NCBI GenBank assembly: GCA_009392915.1
Contig: CP045477.1
Coordinates: forward strand, 448,001-512,000
Reading direction: 5' to 3'
Length of the DNA: 64,000 bases
Source of the DNA: Candidatus Forterrea multitransposorum CG_2015-17_Forterrea_25_41
Lineage (GTDB): Archaea; Iainarchaeota; Iainarchaeia; Iainarchaeales; CSSED10-239
Part shown: piece after piece, positions 10,212 through 20,057 of the stretch
How positions within the stretch are numbered: position 1 is the stretch's first letter
Layout: each line of letters begins with the position of its first letter
Made by a program: the position numbers and the translations under genes
The notes under the pieces: model-generated
The model's input: only the letters and a program-made list of their open reading frames with translations
Database searches by the model: none
What the model was told of the DNA's origin: nothing

Positions 10212-12125
10212 ATGAAAATAAAAATAACATTTCCAGATGGTTCCATAAAAGAAATTGACTCTGGAAAAACAGCAGAAGAAGTAATAAGAGAAGAGATCGG
10301 TGAAGGTCTTTTAAACGCAAGCATAGCTGTAAAAATAAATAATGATATTAAAGACTTATCAACTCCAATAACGAACGATTGTGATTTTAAAGTACTTACA
10401 ACAAAAGATATAGAAGCAAAAGAAGTTTTATGGCATAGTTCAGCACATATCTTAGCTTATGCTATAGAAAAAATATATCCAGAAGTAAAACTAACTATTG
10501 GACCTGCTATTGAAAATGGTTTTTACTATGATTTAGATTTAGACACACCAATAACAGAAGAAGACTTTGAAAAAATAGAAAAAGAAGCTGAAAAAATAAT
10601 TTCAGAAAAACTACCTTTCATAAGAAAAGAATTTAGCTATCAAGAAGCAAAAGAAATGTTTAAAGATAACCCTTACAAAATAGAAATGATTGAAGATTTA
10701 GAAAAAGAAAATCAACCAATAACATACTATTCTTTAGGAGACTTTAAAGATCTTTGTAGAGGACCACACTTAAAACATTCAGGAAAGGTAAAAGCTTTTA
10801 AAGTTTTAAAAACATCAGGTGCCTACTGGAGAGCAAATTCTAAAAATAAACAATTAAAAAGAGTATATGGTATTTCTTTCTTTTCAAAAGAAGAAATGAA
10901 AGAATACTTAATAAAACAAGAAGAAATTGCAAAAAGAGATCATAGAAAAATAGGAAGAGAACTTGATCTTTATTCTTTCCAAGAAGAAGCACCAGGTATG
11001 CCTTTCTTCCATGATAAAGGTTCTTTTATCTGGAATAAACTAGTTGAGTTTGTTTCACAGATAATGGAAGATAGAGATTATGAAGTTAATAAAACTCCAT
11101 TAATCCTAAACAGAAGTTTATGGCTTCAATCAGGTCACTGGGATCACTATAAAGAAAACATGTATTTTACAAAAATAGATAACCAAGACTTTGCAGTAAA
11201 ACCAATGAATTGTCCAGGAAACATCTTAATCTATAAAGCACATCAATATTCATATAGAGATCTTCCTATAAGAGCAGGAGAGTTTGGTTTAGTTCATAGA
11301 CACGAACTTTCAGGAGTTCTTTCTGGTCTTTTCAGAGTAAGAGCTTTTACTCAAGATGATGCCCATGTCTTCTGTACTGAAGAACAACTAAAAAATGAAA
11401 TTAAAGATTTAATTGATTTCATGGATGTTGTTTATAAAACATTTAACTTCTCTTACAGCATGGAACTTTCAACAAAACCTGATAAAGCTATGGGTGACCC
11501 TAAGATATGGGAAATGGCAGAAAATACTTTAGAAGAAGTTTTAAAAGAAATGAAAAAAGACTTTAAGATAAACCCTGGTGATGGTGCTTTCTATGGTCCA
11601 AAAATAGATTTCCATTTAACAGATGCTATTGGTAGAAAATGGCAATGTGGAACAATACAACTTGATTTCCAAATGCCTGAAAAGTTTGATCTAACATATG
11701 AAGCTGCAGATAACACTAAAAAAAGACCAATTATGCTTCACAGAGCTGTTTTAGGCTCAGTTGAAAGATTTATGGGTATTTTAGTTGAGCATTTTGCAGG
11801 TAAATTTCCACTTTGGATCTCACCTATGCAAGTAATTATCCTTCCAATAGCTGATAGACATAACGAGTATGCAGAAAACCTAAGACAAGCACTTAAAAAA
11901 GAAGGTTTTAGAGCAAAGATTAACGATAAAGCAGAGACAATGAACAAAAAGATAAGGTCTGCTCAACTTGAGAAAATAAACTATATTTTAGTTATTGGAG
12001 ATAAAGAGCAAGAAAACCAAACAATAAATGTAAGAACAAGAGATGAAAAGATTTTAGGTGAGATGAAATTATCTGACCTTATTGAACAAATGAAACAAGA
12101 AATTTTAAAGAAAGAGATTAAATAG
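10212..12125 (+). CDS. thrS: threonyl-tRNA synthetase, bacterial-type (TGS plus N2 editing domain plus class II core)
   Basis: N-terminal TGS fold (KITFPDGSIKE), HSSAHILAYAIEKIYP editing motif, class II motifs (FRVRAFTQDDAHVF, GDGAFYGPKIDF), anticodon-binding C-terminus. Confidence 0.9.
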   Translation: MKIKITFPDGSIKEIDSGKTAEEVIREEIGEGLLNASIAVKINNDIKDLSTPITNDCDFKVLTTKDIEAKEVLWHSSAHILAYAIEKIYPEVKLTIGPAIENGFYYDLDLDTPITEEDFEKIEKEAEKIISEKLPFIRKEFSYQEAKEMFKDNPYKIEMIEDLEKENQPITYYSLGDFKDLCRGPHLKHSGKVKAFKVLKTSGAYWRANSKNKQLKRVYGISFFSKEEMKEYLIKQEEIAKRDHRKIGRELDLYSFQEEAPGMPFFHDKGSFIWNKLVEFVSQIMEDRDYEVNKTPLILNRSLWLQSGHWDHYKENMYFTKIDNQDFAVKPMNCPGNILIYKAHQYSYRDLPIRAGEFGLVHRHELSGVLSGLFRVRAFTQDDAHVFCTEEQLKNEIKDLIDFMDVVYKTFNFSYSMELSTKPDKAMGDPKIWEMAENTLEEVLKEMKKDFKINPGDGAFYGPKIDFHLTDAIGRKWQCGTIQLDFQMPEKFDLTYEAADNTKKRPIMLHRAVLGSVERFMGILVEHFAGKFPLWISPMQVIILPIADRHNEYAENLRQALKKEGFRAKINDKAETMNKKIRSAQLEKINYILVIGDKEQENQTINVRTRDEKILGEMKLSDLIEQMKQEILKKEIK

Positions 12126-12181
12126 TTTCTCTTTATTCTCTTTTCTTTTTTTTTCTTTCGTTTTACTTTTTTTTAAAAAAA

Positions 12182-12481
12182 CTATTCTTCAAAATAATAA
12201 TTATTATCATCTTCAAGCTTTATAGCTTTTCCATTTACTAAAGCAGAAGAAATCTTTTTTCTAGCATCAATTAAAAGTCTATGAAAAGTAGGTTGAGAAA
12301 TATTCATTCTTTCAGCACATTCTTTTTGCTCTAAACCTAAAAAATCTTTAAGCCTAATAGCTTCAATTTCAACAAAGCTTAATACTTCTTCTTCAATTTC
12401 TCTTAAAGGTATTCCAGCTGGTTTAAAATAATTAGAGGATGGTTTATGTGAAATATTTCTCATTCTTCTTTTTCTTGGCAT
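12182..12481 (-). CDS. DUF134/UPF0251 family putative DNA-binding protein (sigma-70 region-4-like HTH)
   Basis: Start MPRKRRMR...YFKPAGIPLREIEEEVLSFVEIEAIRLKDFLGLEQKECAERMNISQPTFHRLL is the hallmark of the DUF134 family. Confidence 0.7.
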   Translation of the reverse strand: MPRKRRMRNISHKPSSNYFKPAGIPLREIEEEVLSFVEIEAIRLKDFLGLEQKECAERMNISQPTFHRLLIDARKKISSALVNGKAIKLEDDNNYYFEE

Positions 12482-12500
12482 ATTTTAAAACCTTTTTTTC

Positions 12501-12857
12501 TTAATGTTTACAAGGAGTATTTAAATCTTTTAAATCAGCTATATTTTCAATTACTTCTTTTAAGAAATTATAATCTCCTGTTTTAAGAATAATATTTTTT
12601 TCTACAAATAAATCAATTGCTTTTTTACCCATACCTTTACTAAAAACTGTATCTATATTATTTTCTAAAATTTGATCTACTGGAGATTTAGAACTATTAT
12701 GATCTAAATAATTTTTAATAATTTTTAATTCTTTTAAAACTGTATCATATATTGCAAAAAAATTACAAGTTCCAAAATGATTGCTTAATTTTGAATCTAA
12801 ATTATTATTATCTTCTAATGAAATTAAAATTTTCATAAATAAATCCTCTAGTATCAT
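12501..12857 (-). CDS. NifX/NifB-C-like (dinitrogenase FeMo-cofactor-binding fold) small protein
   Basis: SNHFGTCNFFAIYD motif (FG.C..F.IYD), typical of the NifX/NafY/MTH1175-like family; about 118 aa. Confidence 0.55.
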   Translation of the reverse strand: MILEDLFMKILISLEDNNNLDSKLSNHFGTCNFFAIYDTVLKELKIIKNYLDHNSSKSPVDQILENNIDTVFSKGMGKKAIDLFVEKNIILKTGDYNFLKEVIENIADLKDLNTPCKH

Positions 12858-12932
12858 TTAATATTTTTAAAATTAAATATTTAATGAATATATATAAATA
12901 TATAAAGAAAAGAAATAAAAGAACTACTCTTT

Positions 12933-13067
12933 TTAAAGAGTAGCTCTTCTTCTAAGACCCCTTCCTTTTGTTTGAGAAACACTTTCTCTTTCAGGATTGC
13001 ATCTTCCTCTTTTCATTCCAGTCATTGATCCTTTTCCATCAGGACCAGTTCCGTCTTTATTCGGCAT
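12933..13067 (-). CDS. 44-aa Gly/Lys-rich micro-protein (DUF5320-like: MPNKDGTGPDGKGSMTGMKRGRCNPERESVSQTKGRGLRRRATL)
   Basis: Manual translation (not in the ORF track); an MPxxDGTGPxGxGPMTGRG-type sequence commonly sits next to DUF134 and NifX-like genes; the stop lies within the inverted repeat GAACTACTCTTT/AAAGAGTAGCTC. Confidence 0.45.
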   Translation of the reverse strand: MPNKDGTGPDGKGSMTGMKRGRCNPERESVSQTKGRGLRRRATL

Positions 13068-13228
13068 ATTAAATTCCTCCTTTTCTTTTATGAATCTATA
13101 TTCATAATCATGTTACGAACAGTTTATAAAGCTATTGAATATATATTCATTTAAATAAAATACAAATATTTATAAAGATAATTAACAACATTAATTTATT
13201 AACAATAATAAATATAGGTGATATTAAT

Positions 13229-14158
13229 ATGGGATTATTTAAAAGAAAAACACCAGTTGTTCAAGAAAAAAAATCAGAATATGGACCAATTAACAGACTT
13301 GTAAGAAATGCTAAAGCAAAATCACAAGCAAAACAAAAAGCAAGAACACTAAAAGAAGTTGCAGAAATTAAATTTAATAAAATAAAAAGTGCTTTAAGAC
13401 TAAGACCTGCAAAAGTAAAAATAACTTATGAAGTTTTATCTAAAGAATATTCTTCTGCAGAAATTAAAAAAATAGATCAAAAACTTGCAATGCTTGAAAA
13501 AAGAGCAGAAGAAAGTCATAAAAGAATACTTGAACTTAAAGGTAAAACATTAAAAGATAATACAAATATCGAAGTTATTAATAGAAAAAAAATTGCACAA
13601 CAACTTCTTAAAGGAGAAGAAGTTAAAAGTATACCTAAAAGAAACGCAATTAATCCTGAAAGCTTAGAGGCAAATAAAGGAACAAAAGCATCTACTAAAA
13701 CCTTAAAAGAAATTGAAGCAGGAGATAAAAAAGTTTTAAAAACAAGAGAACTTGACAAACATTTTACTTCAGAAAAGAAAAGAGCAATGGTTTCAAAAGA
13801 AATAAGAAAAGAAATTGAGAATGCAAGATTAATAAATAAAGAAATTGCAAGTATTCAATCAATAAAATTTAATGACATTATAAAAAATCAACTAAAATCT
13901 TTTGGAACAATAGCAGAAACTAAACAAGCAAGAGAAGAAATTATTAAATCTCTTTACAATAAATATGAAAAAGGAGCAATTAATTTATCTGGTTTAAGAG
14001 ATTTAATTAAATATTTATCTGTTGAAGTTGAGATTGGTAAAAAAATGAATATTATAAATTCTGTTGAAAATGCAAACACTTATCTTTTAGGAAATGCTCA
14101 ACTTATAAATGAAATAAAAGATATTTCTGAAATAAAAAAGAAATTTAAGTTTTTTTAA
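13229..14158 (+). CDS. Lys-rich coiled-coil hypothetical protein
   Basis: ORF track; highly charged K/E-rich, predicted helical; no motif. Confidence 0.35.
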   Translation: MGLFKRKTPVVQEKKSEYGPINRLVRNAKAKSQAKQKARTLKEVAEIKFNKIKSALRLRPAKVKITYEVLSKEYSSAEIKKIDQKLAMLEKRAEESHKRILELKGKTLKDNTNIEVINRKKIAQQLLKGEEVKSIPKRNAINPESLEANKGTKASTKTLKEIEAGDKKVLKTRELDKHFTSEKKRAMVSKEIRKEIENARLINKEIASIQSIKFNDIIKNQLKSFGTIAETKQAREEIIKSLYNKYEKGAINLSGLRDLIKYLSVEVEIGKKMNIINSVENANTYLLGNAQLINEIKDISEIKKKFKFF

Positions 14159-14164
14159 AAAAAA

Positions 14165-14728
14165 TTAAAGTTTCTTTGAATAAATACCCCAAAGATAATC
14201 TTTTTTATCTTTGTGGGTTCCTATTTTTTTTAAATTAAAAGAAAGATGCTTATTAATTGATCTTTTATTTTTTATTGGACTTTCTAAAATCTCACAAATA
14301 TATAATGAAAAGTCTAAAGACTTTGCATGTTTAAACATCTCTTTATTTAAAGACTCTCCAATTTTTGGAAAACTTCTATTTGAGACTAACTGTTTACCAA
14401 AAAGAACTTTATTTTCTTTTAATAATTTTTCATCAACATCTATTTCTTCTAAAAAACTAGGATTAAGTTTAATATATTTCTTTAAACTATAAGCTAAAAA
14501 ATAACCAACAACTTCTTCTTTATTTTTTGCAACAAAAAGGAAAGTATTTTTACATCTTAAAGATTTTAAAAGATTTTCAATTGAGACTTCATAGACTAAA
14601 AAACCATTATCTGTAACTTCTTTTTTATTTATTTTTAAATTATATTCTAAAAGTTGAGATTTTTGTAAATTATATATTTGTAAAATATCGTTTTTTTTAG
14701 CTTTTGTAATATTTATTTCTGAATTCAT
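14165..14728 (-). CDS. hypothetical protein (possible GNAT-like acetyltransferase fold, weak)
   Basis: ORF track; weak resemblance only. Confidence 0.25.
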   Translation of the reverse strand: MNSEINITKAKKNDILQIYNLQKSQLLEYNLKINKKEVTDNGFLVYEVSIENLLKSLRCKNTFLFVAKNKEEVVGYFLAYSLKKYIKLNPSFLEEIDVDEKLLKENKVLFGKQLVSNRSFPKIGESLNKEMFKHAKSLDFSLYICEILESPIKNKRSINKHLSFNLKKIGTHKDKKDYLWGIYSKKL

Positions 14729-14774
14729 AGGTTATTACCAATTAAAATTATATTTTTCTTTTTAAAAAAAAGAA

Positions 14775-14856
14775 TGCAGGGTACAGGATTCGAACCTGTG
14801 AAGCACTAAGCAATGGATTTTGAGTCCATCCCCTTTGACCGCTCGGGAAACCCTGC
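14775..14856 (-). tRNA. tRNA-Leu (anticodon CAA), class II with long variable arm
   Basis: Manual fold: acceptor GCAGGGU/ACCCUGC, anticodon stem AUGGA/UCCAU, loop CUCAAAA, T-arm ACAGG-UUCGAAU-CCUGU; no encoded CCA. Confidence 0.8.
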
Positions 14857-14920
14857 TATATAAATATATTAAGAGAAGATATGTTTTTAAAAAGAAGTTA
14901 AAAGAAAATAATATTTATTG

Positions 14921-15520
14921 TTACTTAAAAAGATTTAAAATTAATAAAAAAACAGACAAAGAAATAAAAAAGAACAATTCAAAGATACCAGTGAAACCAA
15001 ACAAAAATAACATTAAAAGAGAGCCTCCTAAAGTTATTAAAAACCAATTAAAAGATTTTAGATATATTTTCTTATTATAAGAAGAAAGATATTTAGAGAA
15101 TAAAAATAAAGAAAACATTAAGAACAAAGAAAACAAAAAAGCAAATATATTATGAAAATTAAAAAAAGAAGTATTTTTAATTTCATAATCAACAAACTCA
15201 TAATCATTTTCAACAAAAGTGTTATCAATGGTTGGAGTTAAAACAGTCAATACTAAAAAAAGTATTGAAAATAAAAGAAATTTAAAAGATTTTTTATCAT
15301 GATAATTATATTTTTTATAAATATTATATATAGTTATAAATAATAAAATACCAGTTATCAATCCCCAAACTATAAACTTAAGCTTATAATCAAATAGATT
15401 TCCTATCTTACTTAAAGTATACTCAAAAGGAGATTCATTAAAGCTAAACCATAAAGTAAACAAAGGTATGCTTATTATAAAATAAGTTAAAACAGTGTTA
15501 TTAAATTTAGTAAAATACAT
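14921..15520 (-). CDS. polytopic membrane protein, unknown function
   Basis: ORF track; multiple TM helices. Confidence 0.3.
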   Translation of the reverse strand: MYFTKFNNTVLTYFIISIPLFTLWFSFNESPFEYTLSKIGNLFDYKLKFIVWGLITGILLFITIYNIYKKYNYHDKKSFKFLLFSILFLVLTVLTPTIDNTFVENDYEFVDYEIKNTSFFNFHNIFAFLFSLFLMFSLFLFSKYLSSYNKKIYLKSFNWFLITLGGSLLMLFLFGFTGIFELFFFISLSVFLLILNLFK

Positions 15521-15606
15521 ATATATTCTAATATAATATCATGCAATAATTATTAAAAATAGTATTATTTTTAAAATAAAAAAAAATAGAAAAATAATTC
15601 TAAAAA

Positions 15607-16038
15607 TTATTCTTCTAATGAAGTTCTACCTAGATTTTTATTTACACAAACTTTATTTTCACAAGTACAATCTTCTGGAGAGTAAGCTGCCTCATACATG
15701 AAAATCATTGTACAAATTTCTGGTTTTGTAAATTCAGATTCATATTCTTTGTTTATACAAGAAGTTGGATGACAATCAGAAGGCAAAGGAATACAGTCAT
15801 CATCTATTTGACATCCTTGAAATTGATCTAAAGAATCTATTTGTTTTGTAAAAATACCACCATCTTCTGCAATACATTTTTCAGGATAACTTTCTAATAT
15901 AGGATTTCCTGCAGCAACACATTCTTCAAAATTTGTAATTATTAGCTTATCTTTTACAAAAATAACAGGAAGTAAAATTCCAAGTAAAACAACAATAATT
16001 AATAATACAACTCCTAAAATAATATATTTTTTATTCAT
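15607..16038 (-). CDS. membrane-anchored Cys-rich (10 Cys) extracellular protein
   Basis: N-terminal TM anchor (ILGVVLLIIVVLLGILLPVIFV) followed by a Cys-rich ectodomain. Confidence 0.35.
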   Translation of the reverse strand: MNKKYIILGVVLLIIVVLLGILLPVIFVKDKLIITNFEECVAAGNPILESYPEKCIAEDGGIFTKQIDSLDQFQGCQIDDDCIPLPSDCHPTSCINKEYESEFTKPEICTMIFMYEAAYSPEDCTCENKVCVNKNLGRTSLEE

Positions 16039-16084
16039 AATTATACTACACCTTTTTATTTAAAAAAAAGAAAAAAAGAAAAAA

Positions 16085-16963
16085 CTATCTTTTCTTTGAA
16101 TTCTTTTTATTTCTTGAAACTAAATAAACTATCCAACCTAAAAATGCAAATGGAATTATTACAAATAAAAATTTCAATAATGCATTTACACTATTTACAA
16201 AAGATCTTACAAGATCAGATAATTTAACAAGTGCTATATTAGAATAACTGTATTTTTCAGAAATATTTAAATTAATTGTAGAATAATCAACTCTTTGATC
16301 CATGTTCTTTAATGAATCTTCTAAATATTTAATTGTTCTTTCTTGATTAAATATTCTATCATTTAATTCTATTTTATCTGAAATTTTTTCAGCACTATTA
16401 TACATTTCTTGATATCTTAAAAGTCTTTCTCTTTCAACTTCAAGTTCAATTTCTCTATTAGTATAACTTCCAGTTATATCATTTGAATTTTCAGTAAAAT
16501 AAGTAACTTTACCAATCTCTCTTAATTGAGAAACAACAGAATCAAGTTTTGAAGATTCAACTTTAATAGAGTAAGAACCATAATATTCTTCTTTATTACC
16601 ATTTTCTCTTGTATTTAAACTTTCATTTAAAACTATTGAATCAGAAGAAGAAACAATTGACTTTACTTTTGAATCTGCAAGTTTAAATTCTCCACCTTTA
16701 ACTTCTAAAGAAAGACTAGAATTTTTTGTAATTTTTCTATCTTCAACTTCTGGTGCAAAATCTTGACTATAGCTTAAACCATAACCACCAGCATATTCCA
16801 TAGATTTAGAATACATGGCACTATCATTCATTGCAAAAGAATCTCTTGCAGAATAACTAGTTCCATTTGAAACTAAAAAAGTTAAAACTAAGAATGCAAC
16901 AACAACTAAAAGAATTATTAACCAATTTTCTTTTAATCTTATTAATTGTTCTTTAAAGCTCAT
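16085..16963 (-). CDS. bitopic protein with N- and C-terminal TM helices flanking an extracellular coiled-coil region
   Basis: TM at both ends (LIILLVVVAFLVLTFLV and FLFVIIPFAFLGWIVYLV); helical middle. Confidence 0.3.
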   Translation of the reverse strand: MSFKEQLIRLKENWLIILLVVVAFLVLTFLVSNGTSYSARDSFAMNDSAMYSKSMEYAGGYGLSYSQDFAPEVEDRKITKNSSLSLEVKGGEFKLADSKVKSIVSSSDSIVLNESLNTRENGNKEEYYGSYSIKVESSKLDSVVSQLREIGKVTYFTENSNDITGSYTNREIELEVERERLLRYQEMYNSAEKISDKIELNDRIFNQERTIKYLEDSLKNMDQRVDYSTINLNISEKYSYSNIALVKLSDLVRSFVNSVNALLKFLFVIIPFAFLGWIVYLVSRNKKNSKKR

Positions 16964-17092
16964 TTTTTTTATTCACCTCGTAACTATAAGTTTAATTAAC
17001 TAATTATTATATAAAAAGATTTAAAAAGAGGAACAAATACTTAGGAAAAAACCTTAAAGAACATTTCTTTTAAAAAATAAAAAAGATTAAAG

Positions 17093-17175
17093 CGCAGAGG
17101 ACGGGATTCGAACCCGTGTAGTCGTGAGACTCTAGCTTAGCAGGCTAGCGCGTTTGACCACTCTGCCACCTCTGC
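17093..17175 (-). tRNA. tRNA-Ser (anticodon GCU), class II
   Basis: Manual fold: acceptor GCAGAGG/CCUCUGC, anticodon stem CUAGC/GCUAG, loop CUGCUAA, long variable arm, T-arm GGGUUCGAAUCCC. Confidence 0.8.
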
Positions 17176-17247
17176 TCTATTTGTTTTATTCTTCTTATAA
17201 ACAATTAGTAAATATTTATGCTTCTAAAAGTATTTAAAGGTATTTTT

Positions 17248-18150
17248 TTATTTTTTAGAGAAAACCTTTCCTAAAAAAACCTTTTTATTAACACCATACC
17301 TTTTAACATCAATATACCCTTTACCTTCTAATTTTTTAAGGTTTCTTGAAACAGTACCTTTTGGTAAAAAACATTCTTTTGAAAGATTTTTTTGCAAAAT
17401 ACCATTCTTTTCTAAAACAATTTTAATTATTTTTTGCTCATTTTCATTAAGTCCTAAAAGAAGATCTTCAGCTTCTATTTTTTCTTTATTTGAAGAAATT
17501 AAAGATTTTTTCTTTTTTAAAATAAACTTAACTAAAACAAAAAATACAAAAAAAGAAATAAAAAATATCATAAAAAACAAAAACCAATTAAATGGTTTTT
17601 TATCAATCATAGAAGAAAAATGAATTGAATAATTAATATCAAAATAAGAAATTGGCTCATTATAAGTTACTAAAAACTTATTATCTTGTATAGTTACATT
17701 TCTATAATCTAGAGAAAGAGAAATTATTTCTGTTTTTTTAGGTAAAATTAAAGAAAAACTATCCACATATTCTTTAAAAATAGGTAAATAACTAACAGAC
17801 CAAACATTTCCATTCTTAAAAGAATAAACATCAGTTAAATAAATTATTTCAAGAGTTAAAGAATTATCTAAAATACAGCAATTATTTAGATTAATTGTTA
17901 AAGTATTAAATGAATAATTATAATTAATATCTTTATTTGTATTCTTTATCTTAAGATCATAAACAGGAATAATTGGAAGAACAATAGAATCTCCTTTTTT
18001 AATTTCTGTAAATAAAACTATATCGTTTACTTGTAAAATACCATTCTCATTAACAGTAATAGAAGTATCTATTTTTTCTATATTATATGCAAAAGAATTA
18101 ACAGAAAATAAAACAATTAATAATAATAATAAAAAATAATAATTTTTCAT
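17248..18150 (-). CDS. membrane-tethered transcriptional regulator: signal/extracellular domain, TM helix, cytoplasmic winged-HTH (MarR/TrmB-like)
   Basis: N-terminal signal, central TM (WFLFFMIFFISFFVFFVLVKFIL), C-terminal LSKECFLPKGTVSRNLKKLEGKGYIDVKR wHTH-like segment. Confidence 0.45.
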   Translation of the reverse strand: MKNYYFLLLLLIVLFSVNSFAYNIEKIDTSITVNENGILQVNDIVLFTEIKKGDSIVLPIIPVYDLKIKNTNKDINYNYSFNTLTINLNNCCILDNSLTLEIIYLTDVYSFKNGNVWSVSYLPIFKEYVDSFSLILPKKTEIISLSLDYRNVTIQDNKFLVTYNEPISYFDINYSIHFSSMIDKKPFNWFLFFMIFFISFFVFFVLVKFILKKKKSLISSNKEKIEAEDLLLGLNENEQKIIKIVLEKNGILQKNLSKECFLPKGTVSRNLKKLEGKGYIDVKRYGVNKKVFLGKVFSKK

Positions 18151-18229
18151 AATAATATATAGTATATTAAAATATTTAAAATGTATTATTTAATTTTTAT
18201 TAAAAAAAAAAGAAAAAGAAGAGAAATAA

Positions 18230-19753
18230 CTATTCAGTTATCTCTACATCTTCAGAAGCATTTAAAGAAACATACTTTTCTCTATGTCCAAAAGGAATAA
18301 AACCAAATAACTTTCTTTGTTCTTTAACCTTTAAAACATATTCAAGTTTGCTATCTACAGAAACAAGTTCAACATTTCCAATAACATTTTCTGTTTTAAT
18401 ATTATTTTCAATTAAAACATTGTTAATTGGTTTTATTTTTCTAACCTTTTCTTGATTTGAAATATACATTTCAGTCATACTTTCATCTGTAAATACTTCA
18501 TAGTCTTCTAAAGTCTCAATTAAAACATCATCACCTTTTTCTTTTCTAAGGTCTTTTTTAGCTTCAGCATTTATTGAAACATTAGATATCTTTACTTGTT
18601 CTTGAACAATCATTCTATTTTGAAGTTTTTCTTGAGCTTTTTCTGAAAGTGTATCAATTGGAGCAAAAGCTACAACAAAATTTTCAGAAACTATTGTTTT
18701 GTAAAGAGGATCTTGACTATCAACTATTCTTCTATTAACTAAACTTACTTCAATAGAATATTTGTTATCTCTAAATTCTTTCCCAAATACTTTTTCAATT
18801 AAATCTAGATTATTTTTTATAGATACTTGATAATTATAAGTATATACTCTTCTCATTTCAGGTAATACACTATTTGCTTGATTTCTAGTAGCAACTGATG
18901 TATTTGCTGAAACTGATCCAGAACCAGAATTATTTACTTGATTTGAAGCAGAAACAGATGCTCTTACTCTTTCAATATTCTTAATAGATTCTAAATTTTG
19001 TGATGAAGAAACTTGAGTATAAACTTCAGCTTTCACAGTTGAAACATCAATTTCAGAAGATTCATTTACAGAAACACTTGAATCAATTCTTTCTGTTGGA
19101 ACTGTTATACCACCTTCACGATCTACCATTAAATAAACTACTTTATCTGATGTTGATATATCAACTAAAGGAGTCATTTTAAAAACTAAATTATATTCTT
19201 CTTTTAAAAGTTCTTTTGAAGAGATTACTCTTGCATGGATTTTTGAATTATTATAGATAAATCCAGAATTATCGTTTACAACAGGAGTAAATTTAACACT
19301 TAAACCTAATTTATTTTCAGTTACTGGAGGTTTAGGTTTTTCTATAAATTTTTCAATACCAACTTTACATTCTTGTTCAGTTTCAAAAGATCTGATATTG
19401 TTAACTCCACAACCACTTCCACATTCTACAAACTCACAAGAATATTCTATTTCAGATTCTTGATTATAATTTGTTTTAGAATCTTCTTCTTGAACATCTA
19501 CATTAGTATGAACTTCAGAAGATATTACCCACATAGGAATACAAACAGCAGGACAGATTTCATCAATATTTCCTTGAGAATTATCAATTGTATCTATATT
19601 AATATTTGCATTCATATTAAGATTAGGAGTATTATCATCAACTACAATCATTTCTGTTACATAATCTGCATTTATTGGAGGAACAGCTAAAATTCCTACA
19701 GCAAATATAAAAGCTAACAGAATAACTGAAATTATTTTTTTTATAACATTCAT
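18230..19753 (-). CDS. large secreted protein with Cys-rich N-terminal region and S/N-rich middle
   Basis: Signal peptide (IISVILLAFIFAVGILAVPPINA), clustered Cys (CPAVCIP, CEFVECGSGCG). Confidence 0.35.
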   Translation of the reverse strand: MNVIKKIISVILLAFIFAVGILAVPPINADYVTEMIVVDDNTPNLNMNANINIDTIDNSQGNIDEICPAVCIPMWVISSEVHTNVDVQEEDSKTNYNQESEIEYSCEFVECGSGCGVNNIRSFETEQECKVGIEKFIEKPKPPVTENKLGLSVKFTPVVNDNSGFIYNNSKIHARVISSKELLKEEYNLVFKMTPLVDISTSDKVVYLMVDREGGITVPTERIDSSVSVNESSEIDVSTVKAEVYTQVSSSQNLESIKNIERVRASVSASNQVNNSGSGSVSANTSVATRNQANSVLPEMRRVYTYNYQVSIKNNLDLIEKVFGKEFRDNKYSIEVSLVNRRIVDSQDPLYKTIVSENFVVAFAPIDTLSEKAQEKLQNRMIVQEQVKISNVSINAEAKKDLRKEKGDDVLIETLEDYEVFTDESMTEMYISNQEKVRKIKPINNVLIENNIKTENVIGNVELVSVDSKLEYVLKVKEQRKLFGFIPFGHREKYVSLNASEDVEITE

Positions 19754-19985
19754 ATGTTATTACCACCTTTTTATTTTTTGTATAAAATTATATAAAAGAT
19801 TATAACTTACTTTAATTAGCCTTTTAAAAATAATTAAAGCTACATTAAGTTATAAACTACAAAATACTTATAAACTTTATTATTTAAATAGAATAGGTGA
19901 AACATTGCGAAACTTTACGAAAAATAAGCTTAAAAACCAAAGAAAACTATATAATTTTAAAAGTTTTTTAAAAATTAGATAATAA

Positions 19986-20057
19986 GCGCCCCAGGCGGGA
20001 GTCGAACCCGCCCCACAACCTTGACAGGGTCGTATCCTAACCGATAGACTACTGGGG
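19986..20057 (-). tRNA. tRNA-Asp (anticodon GUC)
   Basis: Manual fold: acceptor GCCCCAG/CUGGGGC, anticodon stem CGACC/GGUUG, loop CUGUCAA, T-arm GCGGG-UUCGACU-CCCGC; discriminator G; no CCA. Confidence 0.8.
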
